A DNA stretch of 62,433 bases, the filler included, from Clostridia bacterium (lineage in GTDB: Bacteria; CBDUZB01; JAGLHV01): the NCBI GenBank assembly GCA_030637025.1. It is 4 parts of 4 records of this genome, joined end to end, with 100 filler letters (N's around TTAATTAATTAA, not from the genome) between each part and the next. Parts side by side here need not be neighbours in the genome. Positions count along the whole stretch, not along the records: positions 29,023 to 60,281 come from DAOVVV010000029.1; 3 more parts are not named here. One strand, given 5' to 3'. Below the pieces are notes generated by a model. That model was not told the origin of the DNA, did no database searches, and saw only the letters and a list, made by a program, of their open reading frames with translations. This document shows positions 38,904 through 50,317 of this stretch, piece by piece. A program made the position numbers and the translations under genes. The first letter of the stretch is position 1. Each line of letters starts with the position of its first letter.

Positions 38904-39578
38904 TTAAAATAACATACTTAGCCCAGCACCAATCATTAATCCTCTAGCATCAAACGGTTCCAGATAATAATCAAAATCAATATTTAAAATTTGATATTTT
39001 ACATTAGCATTTATAGTTATATTTCTACTGACCGGATATTCTATGCCCCCAGCTAAACGGCCACCAAATGAAACAGCGTTTTCACTATATGAGGGATTGG
39101 ATACTATATAAGTAAAACCATCCCACACTATTAATTCCGCTTCTCCTTTAAACCTGGCATCAAACAAACCCCATTCTATACCAATGAAGGGTCTTAGTTT
39201 ATCCTTAAAAACACTAAATAAATACTCAGCATTAAACAAAATTGGTATTATAGTAACAGTTCGATCTACACTCCATGTATCTGTATATGGGATCCCATTG
39301 ATGTCAGTACCACTCCTGGTCTCTTTACAATTATCACCATCTGACCAATAGCCTACACTAAAACCAAAATTAAGATTTTTATTGATAAAGTTTCTATATT
39401 TCACTTCTATCATCAGACCTTCAGGATTTCCGTCATCAGTTTCTTTCCATCCATTAGCGGAAAAGTGACTTACATTTAAACCAACACTATTTTTCTTAAC
39501 TAAATCTTCCGCTAAAACAAATGAACTAATACTTACAAAAAATACTACAATCAAATTTAAGATTATAGCTTTTTTCAT
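38904..39578 (-). CDS. Outer membrane beta-barrel protein (OmpW/OmpA-like, 8-stranded)
   Basis: Signal peptide, amphipathic strands, C-terminal F. Confidence 0.8.
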   Translation of the reverse strand: MKKAIILNLIVVFFVSISSFVLAEDLVKKNSVGLNVSHFSANGWKETDDGNPEGLMIEVKYRNFINKNLNFGFSVGYWSDGDNCKETRSGTDINGIPYTDTWSVDRTVTIIPILFNAEYLFSVFKDKLRPFIGIEWGLFDARFKGEAELIVWDGFTYIVSNPSYSENAVSFGGRLAGGIEYPVSRNITINANVKYQILNIDFDYYLEPFDARGLMIGAGLSMLF

Positions 39579-39696
39579 GTTTTTCTCCTTTTAAAGATTA
39601 CTAATTAATTTATTTGCTACTCTATTTTATCATTGCTTTTTATATTAATCTTAATTCTTTAATATTTCTAAAGTAATTACTACCTACTAACTTTAT

Positions 39697-39737
39697 ATCA
39701 ATACGGGTTTGGCATGTATTCCAAACCCGTATTGATA
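39697..39737. terminator. Stem-loop downstream of an OMP gene
   Basis: atcaatacgggtttgg / ccaaacccgtattgat inverted repeat. Confidence 0.6.
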
Positions 39738-39780
39738 CTATCCACATTAACCCTAACAAAACTCATTGGTTATTTGTAGT

Positions 39781-40416
39781 TTAGAATAACATATTCACTC
39801 CTGCACCAATGATCAATCCGTTAGCATCACATTCTTCACCACCAAAAAGGGTATCCACACCAAAATCAATATTTAAAATTTGATACTTCAGATTTCCGGT
39901 AATACTTATCGTAGGATTTACTTTGTATTCCACACCTCCGCCTAAACGGCAACAAAACGGTGAAGCAGATTCTTCTGCAGAAGCTGTAATACCAAATATT
40001 TCTACTTCTTCTTCAATGGTAGCATTAGCCATTCCCAGACCCACTCCTGCAAAAGGTCTTACCTTTGCATCAGCAGGAGCGAAAAAATATTCAGCAGTGA
40101 CCAAAATTGGCATCAGGGTAAGTGTCATTGAATAGCTTGCCGTCCCAAAAAAACCCATATCTACCTCTTCCTCATCTTTGCTGGACCAATAACCAATACT
40201 TGCACCCAAAGCAATATTTTCAGTGAGAAAGTATCTGGCCACAATGTCAGCCATAAATCCATTCTGGTCCCATTCATCATTCTCCCAACCTTCACAAGAA
40301 AAATAACTCAAATCTAACCCCACAGTAGTTTTCCCGGTCAAATCTTCTGCTAAAACCAATGAACTAATACTTAAAACAAATACTGCAATTAAACTCAAAA
40401 TCATACTTTTTTTCAT
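39781..40416 (-). CDS. Outer membrane beta-barrel protein (paralog)
   Basis: ATG 40416 with RBS aggagg; signal peptide identical to the 40586-41212 gene. Confidence 0.82.
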   Translation of the reverse strand: MKKSMILSLIAVFVLSISSLVLAEDLTGKTTVGLDLSYFSCEGWENDEWDQNGFMADIVARYFLTENIALGASIGYWSSKDEEEVDMGFFGTASYSMTLTLMPILVTAEYFFAPADAKVRPFAGVGLGMANATIEEEVEIFGITASAEESASPFCCRLGGGVEYKVNPTISITGNLKYQILNIDFGVDTLFGGEECDANGLIIGAGVNMLF

Positions 40417-40522
40417 CTTTGCCTCCTTTTCGTTTAACATTACAAAATTGTCGACAATCAATTCCGATAATTAAAATTCCGAACCCTAAACTATCATCAC
40501 TTTTTACTTTATGAACTTCTTT

Positions 40523-40563
40523 TCCAGGGAGGATTTGAAATGAATTTTCCAAATCCTCCCTGG
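40523..40563. terminator. Stem-loop between OMP paralogs
   Basis: ccagggaggatttg / caaatcctccctgg inverted repeat. Confidence 0.6.
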
Positions 40564-40585
40564 TACAACACTTTACTAAAATAAT

Positions 40586-41212
40586 TTAGAATATCAGATT
40601 TATTCCCGCACCAATTATTAATCCGTTAGCATCACATTCTTCATCAGAAACATCTTCAAAATCAATACTCAAAATTTGATATTTCAAGTTACCGCTAAGA
40701 CTTACCTTCGGACTTACTTGATATTCTACACCGCCACCCAAACGAAAACCAATGGGTGAAGCAGATTCGTCTGTCGAAGCGGAAACACCGAACATTTCCA
40801 TTTCTGCTTCAGCTGTAGAATTAAATAGACCTAAACTTAACCCAACATAAGGTTTCAGTTTGTCATTATCAAGACTAAAAAAATATTCAGCATTAACCAG
40901 GATTGGAATTATGGTAAGGGTTCTTTTCATAGTCATAGTTCCAAGAAAAGGATCGGATAAATCTAGTTCATCACTACTAGACCAATAACCAACACTTCCA
41001 CCCAGGGCAATATTTTCATTAATGAAATATCTATATTTCGCTTCTACCATAAGTCCTGCCTGGTCCCATTCATCATTCTCCCAACCTTCACAGGAAAAAT
41101 AACTCAAATCCACTCCTACAGTACTCTTCCCGGTTAAATCTTCCGCTAAAACCAATGAACTAATACTTAAAACAAATACTGCAATTAAACTCAAAATCAT
41201 ACTTTTTTTCAT
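40586..41212 (-). CDS. Outer membrane beta-barrel protein (paralog)
   Basis: Signal peptide, amphipathic strands, C-terminal F. Confidence 0.82.
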   Translation of the reverse strand: MKKSMILSLIAVFVLSISSLVLAEDLTGKSTVGVDLSYFSCEGWENDEWDQAGLMVEAKYRYFINENIALGGSVGYWSSSDELDLSDPFLGTMTMKRTLTIIPILVNAEYFFSLDNDKLKPYVGLSLGLFNSTAEAEMEMFGVSASTDESASPIGFRLGGGVEYQVSPKVSLSGNLKYQILSIDFEDVSDEECDANGLIIGAGINLIF

Positions 41213-41360
41213 TTTTGTCTCCTTTTCGTTAAATTTGATTGTAGTTACTGCTTTTAATTAAATAATCTCCTCCTTTCTTTAATTAAAATTAACTAAACCA
41301 CTACCAATACATCTTTACTCAATTTTCAGCTGAAAAAAAACCAAAACCTTTTTGTGTTAT

Positions 41361-42254
41361 TTACTTCAAATTCTTAAACGCTTTATCCAACTTTTTTTTC
41401 ATTCCTATACTAGATTTTTCAACGGCAATATTAAAGGAGTTAACAATTTTATTATCCTTGTGTTGCAAAAACGGGTAGTCTTTTTCCACCATTTTAACAC
41501 TTTTTCCTTCATAACGGGATCCCTGTCCTTTAACAATCAATCCTGTATTAACCGCTATGTTTCCATCTCTGGTCACAACAACGATAGAGGAACTAATAGT
41601 CGGTTTAGCCGAAGTTTTTCCAAACATAGTTACCTTGGCTACCTTTCCAAAGCGGTATCCCAAATCAAGTTCAACTAAGGCAACACCGTCTACACCCAAA
41701 GATTTGCAAAGTTTAGCCAGAACTTTTCTGGCATCTTCCGTAGGATCTTTTGCACTTCCGGCATAAATACGCTTACCGGACTGCACTACGCTGGATACAG
41801 GAATATGATGCATCCCTTTAGGTTTAATCCAATATGAACCTTCTGTTTTTTGAAAAAATTTAATGCCCTTTCCGGTATCGGGACTCATTAGATTTTTGTA
41901 AGCATCATTTATTATAACTTTCTTTAATGAAATAACCTGCCAGTTTTCTATAGAACGTAATTGCTTAGCATATACTTTTGCTCCATAGGTAATGATCTGG
42001 TTTCGTTCTCTTTCTCCTTTGGTAATAACTTTTTGAAGAGCACCTTTTACCAACCCTTTGGCTAACCTGGCAAAAGTATTTTCTCCTTGTAAAGCTTTTG
42101 GAGACTTAATGTTATAAAGATCCCTGTTCATATAGATGCTGACAATGGCTATTTTTTTTACATTATCAATCGCAGGTCTTATTAATATCTTCTTAGCACA
42201 TCCACTTAATAACAGCATTGACAATAAAAGAAAATAAGACAAAACTTTTTTCAT
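41361..42254 (-). CDS. Hypothetical lipoprotein
   Basis: Lipobox LSGC; 297 aa. Confidence 0.75.
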   Translation of the reverse strand: MKKVLSYFLLLSMLLLSGCAKKILIRPAIDNVKKIAIVSIYMNRDLYNIKSPKALQGENTFARLAKGLVKGALQKVITKGERERNQIITYGAKVYAKQLRSIENWQVISLKKVIINDAYKNLMSPDTGKGIKFFQKTEGSYWIKPKGMHHIPVSSVVQSGKRIYAGSAKDPTEDARKVLAKLCKSLGVDGVALVELDLGYRFGKVAKVTMFGKTSAKPTISSSIVVVTRDGNIAVNTGLIVKGQGSRYEGKSVKMVEKDYPFLQHKDNKIVNSFNIAVEKSSIGMKKKLDKAFKNLK

Positions 42255-42413
42255 TTTTTCCTCCCTTTCTTCTTAATGATTTTATTTGCAAAAACATATG
42301 ACAAGCAAAAATCACCTCCTTTTTTTAAAAATATATTTATCAGCTGAATTCCTGAATTATTTTAATTTTATTTCAAATATTAAAAGCACTACCAATCCTA
42401 ATTTAAATAATAT

Positions 42414-43697
42414 TCAAATTAAACTCTTAAGTATCTCTTCAAATCCGGGAAAAGAAGTATTGATGCAATCAGTATTATTAATTACTGTTCTACCGGAAGC
42501 AACTAAGCCGGCAACACTCAAAGCCATAGCAACCCTATGATCCCCAAAACTATCTACCGGGCATCCCTTTAATTTAGTCGGGCCGTAAATTAACATTCCG
42601 TCTTTTTTTTCTTCTATTTTTGCCCCCATTTTAGAAAGTTCCAAAGACATTACTTTTATGCGGTCACTTTCTTTGACCCGTAATTCTTCCGCACCCTTAA
42701 TTTCCGTTATCCCTTTTGCCTGGGTAGCAGCTACTGCCAAAATAGGAATTTCATCTATTAACCCGGGAATATCCTCTTTTCTGATTTCTATACCCCTCAA
42801 TAAACTCCCCTTTATCCACAAATCACCTACAGGTTCATTACATACTTCAGCTTTATTCTGTTCCTCAATATCTGCACCCATTGCCCGTAAAATATTAATT
42901 ATACCTGTCCGGGTAGAATTTAAACCTATATTTTTTATTATCAATTGCGAATTTTCCAGTAGTGTAGCTGCAACTATAAAAAAAGAAGCGGAAGAAATAT
43001 CTCCGGGAATAATAATATTTTTTGATTTTAATTCTTTTTTCCCTGAAATAGTAACCCTGCGGCCGGAAATTTTTATATCGGCTCCTAAAAAACCTAACAT
43101 TCTCTCTGTATGGTCTCGTGATTTAAAAGGTTCGCTAACCGAGGTTTCCCCTGAAGCCAAAAGCCCGGCTAAAAGAATACAGGATTTTACCTGGGCACTG
43201 GCTATAGGTAAATTGTAATTGATAGAATGAAGTGTTTTTCCAACAATATTTAAAGGCGGATAATTATCTTTAAAAGCGTTTATTTCTGCCCCCATTTCTC
43301 TTAAAGGGTGAATGATCCTTTTCATTGGCCGTTTTTTTATCGACTCATCCCCGGTAATTGAGCAAGAAAAATCCTGGCCGGATAAAATCCCGCTCACCAG
43401 CCGTATAGTAGTTCCTGAATTACCGACATTTAACATTCCCAATGGAGAATTTAAATTTTTTAAACCTTTTCCATGAACAAGCAACTCATCAGAATGCAAA
43501 TTCTCAATTTTTACTCCTAAAGAAGAAAAAATTTTAATTGTTGCCTGACAGTCTAAAGCATTCAGAAATCCCTTAATCTTCATCATTCCTGAACTAATAC
43601 TGCCTAAAATAACAGCACGATGAGAAATAGATTTATCTCCTAAAACATTTATTTCCCCTCTTACTGTCTTTGTTTTTTTTATAACAATTCGTGCCAT
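42414..43697 (-). CDS. aroA: 3-phosphoshikimate 1-carboxyvinyltransferase
   Basis: GDKSISHRA, GNSGTT.RL, ASAQVKS, RDHTERML, KESDRI, DHRVAM. Confidence 0.97.
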   Translation of the reverse strand: MARIVIKKTKTVRGEINVLGDKSISHRAVILGSISSGMMKIKGFLNALDCQATIKIFSSLGVKIENLHSDELLVHGKGLKNLNSPLGMLNVGNSGTTIRLVSGILSGQDFSCSITGDESIKKRPMKRIIHPLREMGAEINAFKDNYPPLNIVGKTLHSINYNLPIASAQVKSCILLAGLLASGETSVSEPFKSRDHTERMLGFLGADIKISGRRVTISGKKELKSKNIIIPGDISSASFFIVAATLLENSQLIIKNIGLNSTRTGIINILRAMGADIEEQNKAEVCNEPVGDLWIKGSLLRGIEIRKEDIPGLIDEIPILAVAATQAKGITEIKGAEELRVKESDRIKVMSLELSKMGAKIEEKKDGMLIYGPTKLKGCPVDSFGDHRVAMALSVAGLVASGRTVINNTDCINTSFPGFEEILKSLI

Positions 43698-43707
43698 TTT
43701 TTTAATT

Positions 43708-44637
43708 TTAAAAGTGTAAATTACCGGTTAATTTTTCCCTAATTTTTTTTGCTTTCATAAATTCCTTCGAGATTAACTCTCTTTTTCCTTCACTAATTTT
43801 TTTTATCATTTCATTTATGTAAATTTGAAAAATTTTCAAACTGTCTACCACCGCTATCTGGTTATTAATACATATATCCGTCCATATTTGAGCATCACTA
43901 TCAGCTATGCGGGTCATATCCCTAAAACTACCGGCTAATATTTTTTTTATGCGTTTATCTTTTTTTTCCAAAGCACCAACTTCTTTAACCAGACAATTAG
44001 CAATAATATGAGGAAGATGGCTGGTAAACCCAACAATAAAATCATGTTCACGGGGAGACATCAAAAGTACGCGAGAACCCAAATCATTCCAGATATTCTT
44101 CACTATTTGCAAAGCATTTTTATCCGTAGCAGCAGCAGGAGTAATAATACAGGCGGCATCATAAAATAAATCTTTTCGTGCATTTTCTACTCCTGTTTTT
44201 TCACTACCGGCCATAGGATGTACCCCTACAAAAAATAAAGATTTTTCAGTAAGGGAAGAAAACATATTTTCTACTTTTTCTACGATAATTTTTTTAACAC
44301 TGCCCACATCGAAAATAATACATCCATTTTTAAAATGCGGAATAAGTTTTTTTACCAGCCCGAAAATTAAACTCACCGGAACCGCCAAAATAACCAGATC
44401 AGCATCACTTACTCCTTTTTTAAAATCTATAGTATATTTATCAATAGCTCCTATTTTTTTAGCTTTTCTTAATTTAGGCAAATGTCTACCTATACCGGTT
44501 ATTTCACATTTAGGATTCACTTTTTTAAGGGCTAAACCTAAAGAACCCCCGATTAATCCCACACCAATAATACTAATTTTTTCTATTTTTTTATTTTTTT
44601 TTGTATTTTTTTCCATATTTTTCTTTCTACCGGTCAA
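43708..44637 (-). CDS. tyrA: Prephenate dehydrogenase
   Basis: G.GLIGGS, DVGSVK, HPMAGSE, HD....[14 protein letters not shown]; exact start uncertain. Confidence 0.93.
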   Translation of the reverse strand: MTGRKKNMEKNTKKNKKIEKISIIGVGLIGGSLGLALKKVNPKCEITGIGRHLPKLRKAKKIGAIDKYTIDFKKGVSDADLVILAVPVSLIFGLVKKLIPHFKNGCIIFDVGSVKKIIVEKVENMFSSLTEKSLFFVGVHPMAGSEKTGVENARKDLFYDAACIITPAAATDKNALQIVKNIWNDLGSRVLLMSPREHDFIVGFTSHLPHIIANCLVKEVGALEKKDKRIKKILAGSFRDMTRIADSDAQIWTDICINNQIAVVDSLKIFQIYINEMIKKISEGKRELISKEFMKAKKIREKLTGNLHF

Positions 44638-45647
44638 ATTTCTCTACCTACAGCATATGCTACTTTCTTTAACTCCTCCATTAAAAGGCAAAAATCTTTC
44701 GGTAATAACGATTGGGGCCCATCGGATAATGCCTCTTCCGGTTTAGAATGAACTTCAATCATTAATCCATCTGCACCGGCAGCTATAGCTGCTTTACTCA
44801 AAGGAGCTACATAATCTCTCACCCCGGTACCATGACTGGGATCAATGATTATGGGCAAATGACTTAACTTTTTTATTACCGGAATAGCATTTAAGTCTAA
44901 AGTAAAACGGGTAGATTGTTCAAAAGTACGAATACCCCGCTCGCAAAGAATAACCTTATAATTTCCTTGCGACATAATATATTCGGCAGACATAAGAAAC
45001 TCTTTTATTGTAGTAGCAATCCCTCTTTTTAATAAAACCGGTTTTTTACTTTTTCCCACTGCTTTTAACAAATCAAAATTTTGAATATTTCTTGCCCCAA
45101 TTTGAATAATATCACTATATTTTTCTACTAATTTTACCTGGTCAATAGTCATTGCTTCGGTTATTATAGCTAATCCGGTCATTTTTTTTGCGGCAGCCAA
45201 ATGTTTCAAGCCTTTCTCACCCAGCCCCTGAAAACTATAAGGAGAAGTACGAGGCTTAAATGCCCCACCCCTTAAAACCTTTGCTCCTGCTTTTTTTATT
45301 TCCCTGGCAATCTTAATAAGTAAATCTTTTTTTTCTACTGCACATGGACCAGCCATAACAACAATTTGTTTTTCTCCGATTTTTATTCCGTTAATATTAA
45401 TAACTGTATTTTCTTTCTTAAATTCACGACTGGCAAGTTTATAGGGCTTGGAAATAGGAGTAATAAATTCCACTATCTCCATAGATTCAAAGATATCGCG
45501 GGCTAAAATAGCATTTTCTCCAATTACTCCAATAACTGTTTTTTTTGCTCCTCTGGAAATATGAGCACGAAAACCTATTTTCCTGACCTTCTTACAGATA
45601 TAATCCAATTGACTCCTGGTTGCCCCTTTTTTTAGAGTTAAAAACAT
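44634..45647 (-). CDS. aroF: DAHP synthase (type I-beta)
   Basis: [41 protein letters not shown]. Confidence 0.95.
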   Translation of the reverse strand: MFLTLKKGATRSQLDYICKKVRKIGFRAHISRGAKKTVIGVIGENAILARDIFESMEIVEFITPISKPYKLASREFKKENTVININGIKIGEKQIVVMAGPCAVEKKDLLIKIAREIKKAGAKVLRGGAFKPRTSPYSFQGLGEKGLKHLAAAKKMTGLAIITEAMTIDQVKLVEKYSDIIQIGARNIQNFDLLKAVGKSKKPVLLKRGIATTIKEFLMSAEYIMSQGNYKVILCERGIRTFEQSTRFTLDLNAIPVIKKLSHLPIIIDPSHGTGVRDYVAPLSKAAIAAGADGLMIEVHSKPEEALSDGPQSLLPKDFCLLMEELKKVAYAVGREI

Positions 45648-46741
45648 TGATGCAAAACCTCCCTCAGTTTTTTAATAAATAGTTTATTTTCCCGGGATAA
45701 CCCAATTGTTATTCTAATATATTCGGGTAACCCGTATTCATCCATTGCCCGTGCAATAATTCCTTTCTTTAATAACTGCTTAAAAACATTATTACCTTTT
45801 CCTACTTTTATAAGCATAAAATTAGCTACTGAAGGAACATATTCTACTCCCATTTTGTTTAATGCCTGCTCTATATATCCTCTTCCTTCCGTAACTACCT
45901 TTCTTCCTTTTTTAATCTGCTCTTTATCCGAAAAACTAACCCTGGCAGCTATCTGAGATAAAGAATTGGTATTAAAAGGAGGCCTTATTCTTTCCATATA
46001 TTCTATTATTCCCTTTATACTCATTCCATAACCAATGCGTAAACCGGCTAAGCCGTAAATTTTGGAAAAAGTACGCAAAACAATTACCTTCCGATTATTC
46101 TTTATATAGGATAAACTATCAGGAAAATCTTTCCGGGTCATATATTCATAATAAGCTTCATCAAAAACAACAATTATCCTCCCGGGAATACTTTTCATAA
46201 AATTCATCACTTCGGTTTTATTCACATAAGTTCCTGTTGGATTGTTAGGATTAGCAATAAAGATAACCTTTGTTTTTTTATTTATTGCCTTCTGCATTTG
46301 CAATAAATTATGAGTAAAATTCTTCATAGGAATTGTCTTTACTTTACAGGCCATTAATTTACCAGCCATATAATAACGAATAAAAGCATGAGCAGAAACA
46401 ATAATTTCATCCTGGGGATTTAAAAAAGTCTTTCCGATAATTTCAATTATTTCGTCCGTACCATTACCTAAAATAATATTTTCCATCTTTAATTTTAATT
46501 TTTTGGCTAAAACTTCTTTAAGATAGAATCCCCCCCCATCAGGATAACGATGTATTTCTCCTAACCCCCTGGCTATAGCTTTTATTGCCCTCGGAGAAGG
46601 CCCTAAAGAATTTTCATTAGAAGCTAATTTAAAAACCCTTTTTAATTTTTGTTCCTTCTTTACCTGTTCAATAGGCCTTCCCGGTAAATAAGGTTGAAAT
46701 TCGAAAATATTTTTTCTAATTAAATTTTTAATATCATCCAT
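45638..46741 (-). CDS. hisC: Histidinol-phosphate aminotransferase
   Basis: [36 protein letters not shown]. Confidence 0.95.
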   Translation of the reverse strand: MDDIKNLIRKNIFEFQPYLPGRPIEQVKKEQKLKRVFKLASNENSLGPSPRAIKAIARGLGEIHRYPDGGGFYLKEVLAKKLKLKMENIILGNGTDEIIEIIGKTFLNPQDEIIVSAHAFIRYYMAGKLMACKVKTIPMKNFTHNLLQMQKAINKKTKVIFIANPNNPTGTYVNKTEVMNFMKSIPGRIIVVFDEAYYEYMTRKDFPDSLSYIKNNRKVIVLRTFSKIYGLAGLRIGYGMSIKGIIEYMERIRPPFNTNSLSQIAARVSFSDKEQIKKGRKVVTEGRGYIEQALNKMGVEYVPSVANFMLIKVGKGNNVFKQLLKKGIIARAMDEYGLPEYIRITIGLSRENKLFIKKLREVLHQCF

Positions 46742-46742
46742 C

Positions 46743-47801
46743 TTAGCTACCCCGTGGATATGAACCTAAAACCTTCACTAAAAAAGATTGTTTTTCCAAT
46801 AAGTTTAAAGTACGCTGAACTTTAACATCTTTTATATGACCATTAAAATCAACAAAAAAGATATAATCCCAAACTTTTTTACCACTTGGCCTGGATTCAA
46901 TTTTAGTTAAATTTACCCCATTCTTCTGAAAAGGAATCAACATATCATGTAATGCTCCCACCCTGTCTTTTACGGAAAACATTACCGAAGTCTTGTCCTT
47001 ACCACAAGATGGAGAATCTTTTTCTCCAATCACTAAAAATCGGGTAAGATTATCTGTTTTATCCCCGATATTACGTGCCACTATCTTAAGATTATATAAA
47101 GTAGCAGCCTGGTAAGAAGCAATGGCTGCGGTATCTGCTCTTTTACTCGCTAATTGAGCAGCACAAGCAGTAGAGGCTACCTCTACCAATTGAACATTGG
47201 GAAGGGTTTTTTCCAGCCAGTTCCTGCATTGAGCAATAGGTTGAGAGTGAGAACAAACTTTTTTTATTTTATTTAAATCTTCATTTTTAGCAAGAAGATT
47301 GTGCGATATTTCCAGCATTAATTCCGCACAAATCTTTAAATCCGAATCGATAAACATATCCAGAGTATGATTAACCACCCCTTCTGTTGAATTTTCAATG
47401 GGTACTAATCCATAATCAACTCTCTTTCTTTCAACTTCATTAAATACATCTTTAATACTTTTTACCGGTATTAATTCAGCCGACCTTCCAAAATTTTTAA
47501 CCGCCGCTAAATGAGTAAAAGTCGCTTCAGGTCCTAAATAGGCAACTTTTAATTTTTTCTGCACAGACCGGCATAAATTAAAAATTTCCTGAAAAATATT
47601 TCCTAAAGCTTTATTGGAAATCGGGCCTTTATTTTTTTTGACCAATCTTTCTAAAATTTCTTTCTCCCGATGCGGAACATAAAAATATTCATTTTTTTTT
47701 CTTTTCAATTCTCCAATTTTCAAAACTTCCTTAAGCCGATTGTTAAGCAAATCCAGGATTTGTTCATCAATAATATTTATTTTTTCCCTTATCTTTTTCA
47801 A
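46743..47801 (-). CDS. pheA: Chorismate mutase/prephenate dehydratase
   Basis: CM domain, AYLGPEATF, PIENSTEG, TRFL, NLTKIESRP. Confidence 0.95.
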   Translation of the reverse strand: MKKIREKINIIDEQILDLLNNRLKEVLKIGELKRKKNEYFYVPHREKEILERLVKKNKGPISNKALGNIFQEIFNLCRSVQKKLKVAYLGPEATFTHLAAVKNFGRSAELIPVKSIKDVFNEVERKRVDYGLVPIENSTEGVVNHTLDMFIDSDLKICAELMLEISHNLLAKNEDLNKIKKVCSHSQPIAQCRNWLEKTLPNVQLVEVASTACAAQLASKRADTAAIASYQAATLYNLKIVARNIGDKTDNLTRFLVIGEKDSPSCGKDKTSVMFSVKDRVGALHDMLIPFQKNGVNLTKIESRPSGKKVWDYIFFVDFNGHIKDVKVQRTLNLLEKQSFLVKVLGSYPRGS

Positions 47802-47869
47802 TTTTAATCTCCACTCATTAAAGCGTTATTCATGCTTCATATTCTTTTTACTTCCATTACCCGAAACAC

Positions 47870-48412
47870 TCATTCTACATTTATTTCTTCTAAAGAAGGC
47901 ATTTCCAATAAATCTCTCAACCCAAAATACTGTAAAAATTTCTGGGTAGTTTTATACAAAAGAGGACGCCCGGGAACTTCCTTTCTTCCGCAAATTCGAA
48001 TTAATTTCTTGGATAAAAGAGTATTCAAAACTCCCCCGACATCTACACCTCGAATCCCTTCTATTTCTGCCTTAGTAATCGGTTGTTTATAAACAATTAT
48101 AGATAAAGTCTCCATTGCAGAAGGAGAAAGTTTTAAAGTAAGCCTCGATTTAAACATTACTTTTATCCATGGAGCACATTCAGATAAAGAACATATTTGA
48201 AAGCCTCCTCCTATTCGCACTATTTGCAACCCTGAATCTCTATTTCTGTACTCCTCTCCCACCTGAATAATTATCTGTTCTACTTCTCGGGCATTCACTT
48301 CCATCCCCTCTTGCCCTTTGGCTAATATCTCAGAAATTTTATCCGGTGATAACGGTTTCTCGGAAAAAAACAATAAACATTCAATAATTTTTTTAATATT
48401 AATAATACTCAT
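47870..48412 (-). CDS. scpB: Segregation and condensation protein B
   Basis: ETLSII.YKQPITKAEIE.IRGV, GRPLLY.TT..FL.YFGL. Confidence 0.95.
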   Translation of the reverse strand: MSIINIKKIIECLLFFSEKPLSPDKISEILAKGQEGMEVNAREVEQIIIQVGEEYRNRDSGLQIVRIGGGFQICSLSECAPWIKVMFKSRLTLKLSPSAMETLSIIVYKQPITKAEIEGIRGVDVGGVLNTLLSKKLIRICGRKEVPGRPLLYKTTQKFLQYFGLRDLLEMPSLEEINVE

Positions 48413-49242
48413 ACCGCTCCTTCACTCTCCACACCAGAAACCGATAGACTGTAATCGATTTTGTTTTTTACCAATGGTTCCACCATTTGTTCTTCTTTTT
48501 CTATTATTTCTTCTTCTACTTCTTCTTTTATTTTTTCTAAACCGCTGTCCCCTTTATAAATTCTTATATTACCAAACAAACTTTCCTGCCGTGCAAAAAC
48601 CTTTTTCATTTTAATCAATTCCAAAAGAGCTAATAAAGTAACTATCATCTCTCGCCTGGTTACAGATTTATTAAAAATTTCAAAAAAAGAAATATATTTA
48701 TTTCCCTGAATTTTATATAAAATATCCTGCATTTTATCTTCGATTTTTATTTCTTCATCAATAATTTCTTTTGCTTCTTCCTGTGCAGTAGATGAAAAAA
48801 CTTTCTTAACAGTATCTAAAAGATCAAACAAAGAAACCTCTAATAAATATTCCCCCTCTAAAGAAACAGGGGTTTCCCTGTAAAAAATATCCCGCTGATA
48901 TAATTCTTTCTCTTCCAGAACTTTAGCTACTTCTTTAAATTTTTTATATTCTATCAGTCGTTCTATTAATTTTTTACGGGGATCTTCCATCTCTTCTTCC
49001 CCATCTTTCCCTAAAGAAGGAAGTAACATTTTAGACTTTATCTGAATTAGCGTTGCCGCCATTACCAAAAAATCGCCGGTAACTTCCAGGTTTAATAATT
49101 TCATCATCTTTAGATACTCCAGATATTCAGTGGTAATTTGTGAAATAGAAATGTCATAAACATCCAAATCATTCTTCTTGATCAAGAATAAAAGCAAATC
49201 AAGAGGACCCTCAAATGTCTCCAATTTAACCTGATAAGTCAT
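48409..49242 (-). CDS. scpA: Segregation and condensation protein A
   Basis: FEGPLDLLL.LI, FLVMAATL..IKS.MLLP, ALLEL. Confidence 0.95.
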   Translation of the reverse strand: MTYQVKLETFEGPLDLLLFLIKKNDLDVYDISISQITTEYLEYLKMMKLLNLEVTGDFLVMAATLIQIKSKMLLPSLGKDGEEEMEDPRKKLIERLIEYKKFKEVAKVLEEKELYQRDIFYRETPVSLEGEYLLEVSLFDLLDTVKKVFSSTAQEEAKEIIDEEIKIEDKMQDILYKIQGNKYISFFEIFNKSVTRREMIVTLLALLELIKMKKVFARQESLFGNIRIYKGDSGLEKIKEEVEEEIIEKEEQMVEPLVKNKIDYSLSVSGVESEGAV

Positions 49243-49331
49243 AACTCCTCCCCCTTTTTACAGTAATGTTGAAAAATGTTAAACATTTTTCAACACAAAC
49301 AAATTGCCAGTCAACCCCAAAAAATCAAACA

Positions 49332-50315
49332 TTAAATCCGCATTATTTTTTTTACTTCTTCCATTGTAGAATAAGCAATTTCCTTTGCTTTTTCCCCGGA
49401 TTTTTTTAAAATAGATTGTATAGGGTACTTTTCTACTTCTTTTCTTTTTTTATAAATAGGCTCCATTTTGATCAATATAGCCTCTGTCAATTTCTTTTTG
49501 CAGGCAACACATCCAATTTCTCCCTGTTTACACTCACCCGTTAAATCCTCTAATAGGGAAGAAGAAGTATATACTTTATGCAAACCATACACACTACAAA
49601 TATCCGGATGACCCGGATCGTTTATTTTTATTCTTGCCGGGTCTGTTATCATTTTTTTTATTTTCTTAGTTATTATTTCCGGTGAATCTGAAATATAAAT
49701 GCAATTATTATAACTTTTACTCATTTTTCTTCCATCTATACCCGGTAATTTAGGACAATGGGTAAGTAAAGAACGCGGTTCTAAAAAAACTTGTTTTGAA
49801 GGCTTATATATAAAATTAAATCTTCGTACAATTTCCCTGGTCAATTCCAGATGAGGCAACTGGTCTTCTCCTACAGGAACAGCATCTGCTTGATAAAGAA
49901 GAATATCTGCCGCTTGTAAAACAGGATATCCTAAAAACCCATAAGTAGAAATATCTCTGTCTTTCAATTGCTGTAACTGTTCTTTATACGTGGGACATCT
50001 TTCAAGCCAGGATAAAGGAACTATCATCGAAAGTAAAAGATGTAATTGGGCATGTTGGGAAACATCCGATTGCACAAACATACAACATTTATCCGGATCC
50101 AAACCACAAGACAACCAGTCAATGACCATTTCCTTTATATTATTTTTTACTCCGGATGTGTCCTGATAATCGGTAGTTAAACTATGAAAATCAGCAACTT
50201 CATAATAGCACTCATACTCATCTTGCAGTTTAACCCAATTAGATAAAACACCTTCTGCATGTCCCAGATGTAATTTTCCCGAGGGGCGCATCCCACTCAA
50301 AATTCTTTTCTTCAC
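49332..50315 (-). CDS. trpS: Tryptophan--tRNA ligase
   Basis: SGMRPSG.LHLGH, YPVLQAADIL, VPVGEDQ, KMSKS; GTG start at 50315 avoids overlap with the upstream gene. Confidence 0.95.
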   Translation of the reverse strand: MKKRILSGMRPSGKLHLGHAEGVLSNWVKLQDEYECYYEVADFHSLTTDYQDTSGVKNNIKEMVIDWLSCGLDPDKCCMFVQSDVSQHAQLHLLLSMIVPLSWLERCPTYKEQLQQLKDRDISTYGFLGYPVLQAADILLYQADAVPVGEDQLPHLELTREIVRRFNFIYKPSKQVFLEPRSLLTHCPKLPGIDGRKMSKSYNNCIYISDSPEIITKKIKKMITDPARIKINDPGHPDICSVYGLHKVYTSSSLLEDLTGECKQGEIGCVACKKKLTEAILIKMEPIYKKRKEVEKYPIQSILKKSGEKAKEIAYSTMEEVKKIMRI

Positions 50316-50317
50316 TA

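Noticed and set aside
42658-43218. 186-aa plus-strand ORF and other short antisense ORFs in the track
   Set aside because: Shadow frames opposite well-supported genes such as aroA; no motifs or RBS
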